64,000 nt of DNA. It comes from Tubulanus polymorphus (Eukaryota; Animalia; Nemertea). The DNA is taken from assembly GCF_964204645.1 (NCBI RefSeq), contig NC_134027.1:18686560-18750559 (forward strand), written 5' to 3'. The notes below the pieces were generated by a model. That model was not told the origin of the DNA and made no database searches. It saw only the letters and a list, made by a program, of their open reading frames with translations. This document shows, in pieces, positions 59,801-64,000 of this stretch (its first letter is position 1; every line of letters begins with the position of its first letter). Both the position numbers and the translations under genes were made by a program.

Positions 59801-62024
59801 TGCCCTCTAAATAGAATATCCTGTAGAACCTATTTTCTAAATGTGATATGTGTATAAATGATGTGTGTTACTAATTTTGATTTTAGTAAAGCCATTAATG
59901 AGAAAGAAGACTTTAAAGTTGGCTATTTTCACCAGTTAGCCGTACACAGCAGGAACACACGTGTACGTTTGTTTGGCAAAGATGACGCATGAATGTGGCA
60001 CTGACCCGAGGCTGCGGCCGAGGTGCATACGCTATATAGGTCAAATGATCCAGTTATTTAATTTTACTGATTTAAGACACATAAGTGATTTTTTTTCTAT
60101 AAGGCTGATTCCAGGTCATCATTCATATACTTAAGTATCCTTTGGAAAGTAATCCTCAAAAAGTAGGAATTAGAGGGCACTTGATCTTTACGTATCAACA
60201 TAATGTGGAAAAAACTTTTTTCTACCTACAAATGAGTACTGATGACAAGATGGCTGCCAATTGCGTGATAATTGGCTGATCAAAAATACCTGTGAAGTTT
60301 TCAAAAGTCTCCGCTATTGAAGAAACCTATCCATAGATAGCCACCACAAATTTCAAAGAACAAGAGGACCATAAGGTCGAAGAGGGTATAGAAGTGAGTG
60401 GATGCATAAGGAGATGTCATTAGTGAAAACAAATTCATGTTTCCAGGGTTTCCGTGAGAGTGTTTTTTACCGTTAACGGACATTTTCCCCCACCCAAAAG
60501 TGGTCCTATTTTTCCCTAATTCTGAAAAATTCTTTGAGGAATTGTGAAAAAAAATTATTTGTTCTGTAAAGACATTATAGTGTTCTTATTGTAGTTTATT
60601 TCAACGTAACGATCGGATTCGATAATAAAATGCGTGGCTGACGATGTAGTGTCAGTGCAGAGGCCATATCTAACTACCCTACAAAGTAGTGTTATTGCCA
60701 AGACAATCCTTCCCACTCTTTATTCCATAATGGTATAGTCCACACGATAGCCAATGAAACTGCGTTCTCTGAGTGCGCGTGATGCTTCAATGAATGAATA
60801 CAGTTCATGTGACAACACTACTACGACTGAAGTGGTAGTTATAATTACGACAAAGACCACGTGATAACATTAGAAAAAATCCTCAAAACATCCCTCTTAG
60901 GGCTTCATGCCTGATGTGTTTGTCTTGGCATTGGATACACGCTAGTACATTTTCCCCAAATAATTAGTTACGGACATTTTTTTAATGATCACCGAAACCC
61001 TGCATTCCTCATGTGTTTTTTTTTTTGTTTCTACGACATGCGCGCCTCGAAACTGTAGTGTTTACTGTATTACCATGACCTAATGTACCAGACGGTACTG
61101 CCACCTAGGAGTGGAGAATAAAGATGGACGTAGATGATGAATAAAAGATCATTGTTATAGTTATTATAATCGGTCCGCCATCCGGACAAGGATGGTACAA
61201 AAACTTTCCATAATTCATCACGATTTTGGGACCTTCAGGTACAACAGGCTATGATATTCATAGCTACGATCATGGATATAGGCAAATGACGCGTTACAGA
61301 CAACTTGTTATCGGATTATCAGTTCTATATCGATATAGCATTATGGGACTATATCATACCTTTTGGAACGTACTAGGTTTACTTACATTTGACAATTGAG
61401 AAAGTCTTGCGTCACTTTTTGGAATTTCACGTAGAGACTTTTTGCTGATACTCTGCCGTAGTTGACTACCTGACAATCGACTTTCGGGCGATAACAAAAC
61501 CTTTACACTATAACTAGATTTCTTCAGTCGTTTTGATTTATCTTTACTAGCACCACCAGGCGGTACCTCCATTGGTATGTTGTTGTTATTGAGTATTGTC
61601 ACCTGATGAGGAGATAACTGTCCTGGTGTTGGGCTTGGAGTTTTACGATTCAAAGATAAACCTATCGGGCTTTTATTACGGGACCCTTTAGGGCTAGGCG
61701 TCAGTCGGGTGGATTGTTTAACATTCAATAAATCATAATCATTGCTATCATCAGAATCATTGTCATGGAAATCATCATCTAATCTTGGACCACGCGATGA
61801 ATTCAGATCTCTTGCAGATTGTTGACATTTCGAATGAGCCTAAAATAATAGCAAATGATTGAAGTTGTGTATGAGGAACAAGGTTCTCAAGATCATACAA
61901 TATACATACAATCTGTTTGATTTCATCTGCCGTTGTTGAAGTCTTCATACGTACAAGTTTCGGCACAGAATGATACATATAAATATCTGCATCATAGATT
62001 TTTGGTTGTTGTTGCATTGATTCT
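53876..62024 (-). CDS. CFAP20DC: CFAP20DC/C3orf67-like gene, 3' exons: 61910-62024, 61360-61839, 55898-56152, 55533-55624, 54124-54239, 53876-54024
   Basis: C-terminus [27 protein letters not shown] and HHYQDEMN...SNPRDW...SPPI match the CFAP20DC tail as I recall it. All six exons have AG/GT ends with consistent phases. Upstream exons are unresolved. Confidence 0.85.
54685..54987. repeat. HINE-like repeat 3' fragment
   Basis: Same block as 57535-57835, ending in the hairpin AATAGCCC...GGGCTAAAAA. Confidence 0.75.
56530..58075. mobile_element. HINE/Helentron-like non-autonomous element with ~165-bp tandem cores, GGAC microsatellite and a duplicated 3' hairpin block
   Basis: Four or more core repeats, (GGAC)n and the terminal palindrome TAGCCCGCTTGGACTAAAGTCCCAAGTGGGCTA. 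Further copies at 59460-59790 and 63520-63780. Confidence 0.7.
59791..60190. mobile_element. MITE with ~19-bp TIRs inserted into a HINE-like copy
   Basis: AAAGGTCAAGTGCCCTCTA and TAGAGGGCACTTGATCTTT; the interrupted repeat resumes at ~60195. Confidence 0.7.
60444..61002. mobile_element. hAT-like MITE, degraded
   Basis: CAGGGTTTCCGTG and CACCGAAACCCTG ends; flanking 8-mers match 5/8. Confidence 0.45.
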
Positions 62025-62765
62025 CTGTAAATATATTTAAATCAGAAATCATAACCCCTGGATGGTAAATCTTACCTGATAGTTTGTTTAGTTTTTGTGA
62101 TCTGAATATTCAACAAAGGATCCTGTGACTGAATTGGAAAAATTTCTTTCCCAGAGTTCATAGAAACAGTCAACAGTCATATTCGCAGATCATTTTCACA
62201 TCTTTCATAATTTCTATGGTTCCATTGGTAGAGCATAATGCATTTAACTTTACTTTAGCTCCTGTAGGATAGTTTGGCTAAAGATTTCATCGAGATTCAA
62301 ATTATTACAGGATTCATTGTGACACAGCAGATCCAAATACATGGCTATTTACTGCTACTTTGATAACTTTTTCACAACAAAATGAAGCCTGGCGCATATC
62401 TATCAGGCAGCATTAGCAAGTTGCCTATCCCACAATTGGCCCTGTACTTAAGTGCAAATTTACGCGGACCAACTTCCAAAAAAATTAAAATTAGACTGTA
62501 TACTTGAAACAATGAATATGGACTCATCTTAACTCAATAGGTTAATCTAACAAATGCTGTTATAATAATGAGACGTTAGGGGATTCTCAACACAAGAAAA
62601 TCTTGAAACTAAGGTCAAGGAACTTCATACCCACTTAGTGGCCCTGAACGCTCGACAATCTCATACAGTTCCCTTGTATTCTTTTATATAATTTTGTATG
62701 TATAATCGTGTTGTTATTCGAGGGATAATAAAGTTATTATTACTATTATTATCATTATTATTATT

Positions 62766-63499
62766 CAGGGATGAGAACGCCGACCTGTAAAATCCGCGGG
62801 TTATTTTTCTTGAGTGACATACGCGAACCAGCTAACGGCGTAGCCGTCAGCACTAGCGAGCGCCGAAGGCGCGAAGCTATTTCGGGGGGGTTTGGGGGGC
62901 CTCCCCCAAGAAAATTTTAGAAATTAAATACGTTTTCCGAGCACTTAGAGCGATCTCGAACCCATGAACGACTATTATATTTTGGAAGGTAATGGCTAGT
63001 TCCAATGTGGTACATCCTCATTTGATGACATTCAGCATCTCATGCATTACGGGTCGAGCCCTGAATTATTGCAGTAAAAATGCGCCGATGAATGCTCACT
63101 AAAAATCATCACCAAGTAGTGTATAATATCCGAAAGCGTTCGCCACACACACGCAGCAACAGTAAGTAGACCTATATACGTTACTACTGTTGCTGTGCGT
63201 GCGTGTCTGCAACCGATCGATAAAATACATACAAACTCATCGTAGTACAAATGTACATACAAAATCACTGTGTTGCAATGAATATGCATTGAAATGCGAT
63301 ACTTTTACGTGACGATAAGTAAAACAGGCACTGAACGCTTTTACGGTTCACCTGATTACCGATCGCGCCGGACCAATTGAGTGAGATCATCACCCCCCCC
63401 CCATACTTTTACATCATTTTTGGACTATTTGGAAAATTGATATTTTTCAATACTGAAATCCGCGGGAAACCGCGGATCCGCGGGGAATTCTCATCTCTG
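62766..63499. mobile_element. hAT-like MITE inserted in an (ATT)n tract
   Basis: CAGGGATGAGAA and TTCTCATCTCTG ends, with subterminal AAATCCGCGGG motifs at both ends. Confidence 0.6.
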
Positions 63500-64000
63500 A
63501 TTATTATCATGATCATCTATTTCAATATTCAATGCCCCCTATCAACATATACAGATATCAATGACCTTGAAACTTGACACATTTATAGAAAATGTCCTAA
63601 ACTATAATATTGCAATTGAATGTTGTAACAAAAAACGTAATTCCCAATATAAATGGAAGGACAACATAATTTCAACTTAAACCCCCTGGTGAAAATATCT
63701 AGCAGAAGCCAGTGGGCTTGAAAATATCAACAATTATCAAAAGCATCATGATCTAACACTTTGCTTATGATTGTGAAAAGGATATTTTCACAGGACCCAA
63801 TCAATCGATCAATTGAAATATTACATAAATTTCAAGATTCAACATATAACATTTTCACATAATTCATTGAAATTGTACTCATCTTTTAGTATTTCCAAAT
63901 TGATGATTGACATATGAAATGTTCTATATCAATTCGAACACCTACTTCCTTCTAAATAACAAAATACCAGCCATGCATATCCAGTGATTACAATTTGTGC

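Noticed and set aside
62076-62400. Further CFAP20DC-like exons
   Set aside because: A donor exists at 62075 but no unambiguous acceptor or frame could be fixed.

Overview
AT-rich animal (probably marine invertebrate) genomic DNA with spliceosomal introns. Two host genes flank the window, both on the minus strand: a BTB-BACK (Kelch-like) gene (start ATG 10918, running off the left edge) and the 3' part of a CFAP20DC/C3orf67-like gene (53876 to about 62100). Between them is a nest of mobile DNA. (1) A full-length, partly decayed 16.9-kb Polinton/Maverick (adintovirus-like) at 35240-52123 with pPolB, penton, MCP, packaging ATPase, rve-chromo integrase and HNH. Its ~320-bp TIRs each contain a ~270-bp hairpin, and there is a 6-bp TSD. 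(2) The most unusual item, a 7.3-kb element at 17317-24657 with Polinton-type ends and no replication or capsid genes. It is built as a large inverted structure: each arm has a Polinton-type promoter region, a zinc-finger ORF with LC8-like motifs, a ~100-bp patch of pPolB sequence and a 24-bp tandem array, around a core of two small ORFs and a hairpin. (3) A scrambled, intron-containing element with CxC/KDZ-like, P-loop and PHD exons that hosts the Polinton. (4) A truncated DIRS1-type retroelement, a BEL/Pao remnant, HINE-like repeats and MITEs. All calls are by eye; no searches were run, and coordinates of degraded repeats are approximate.
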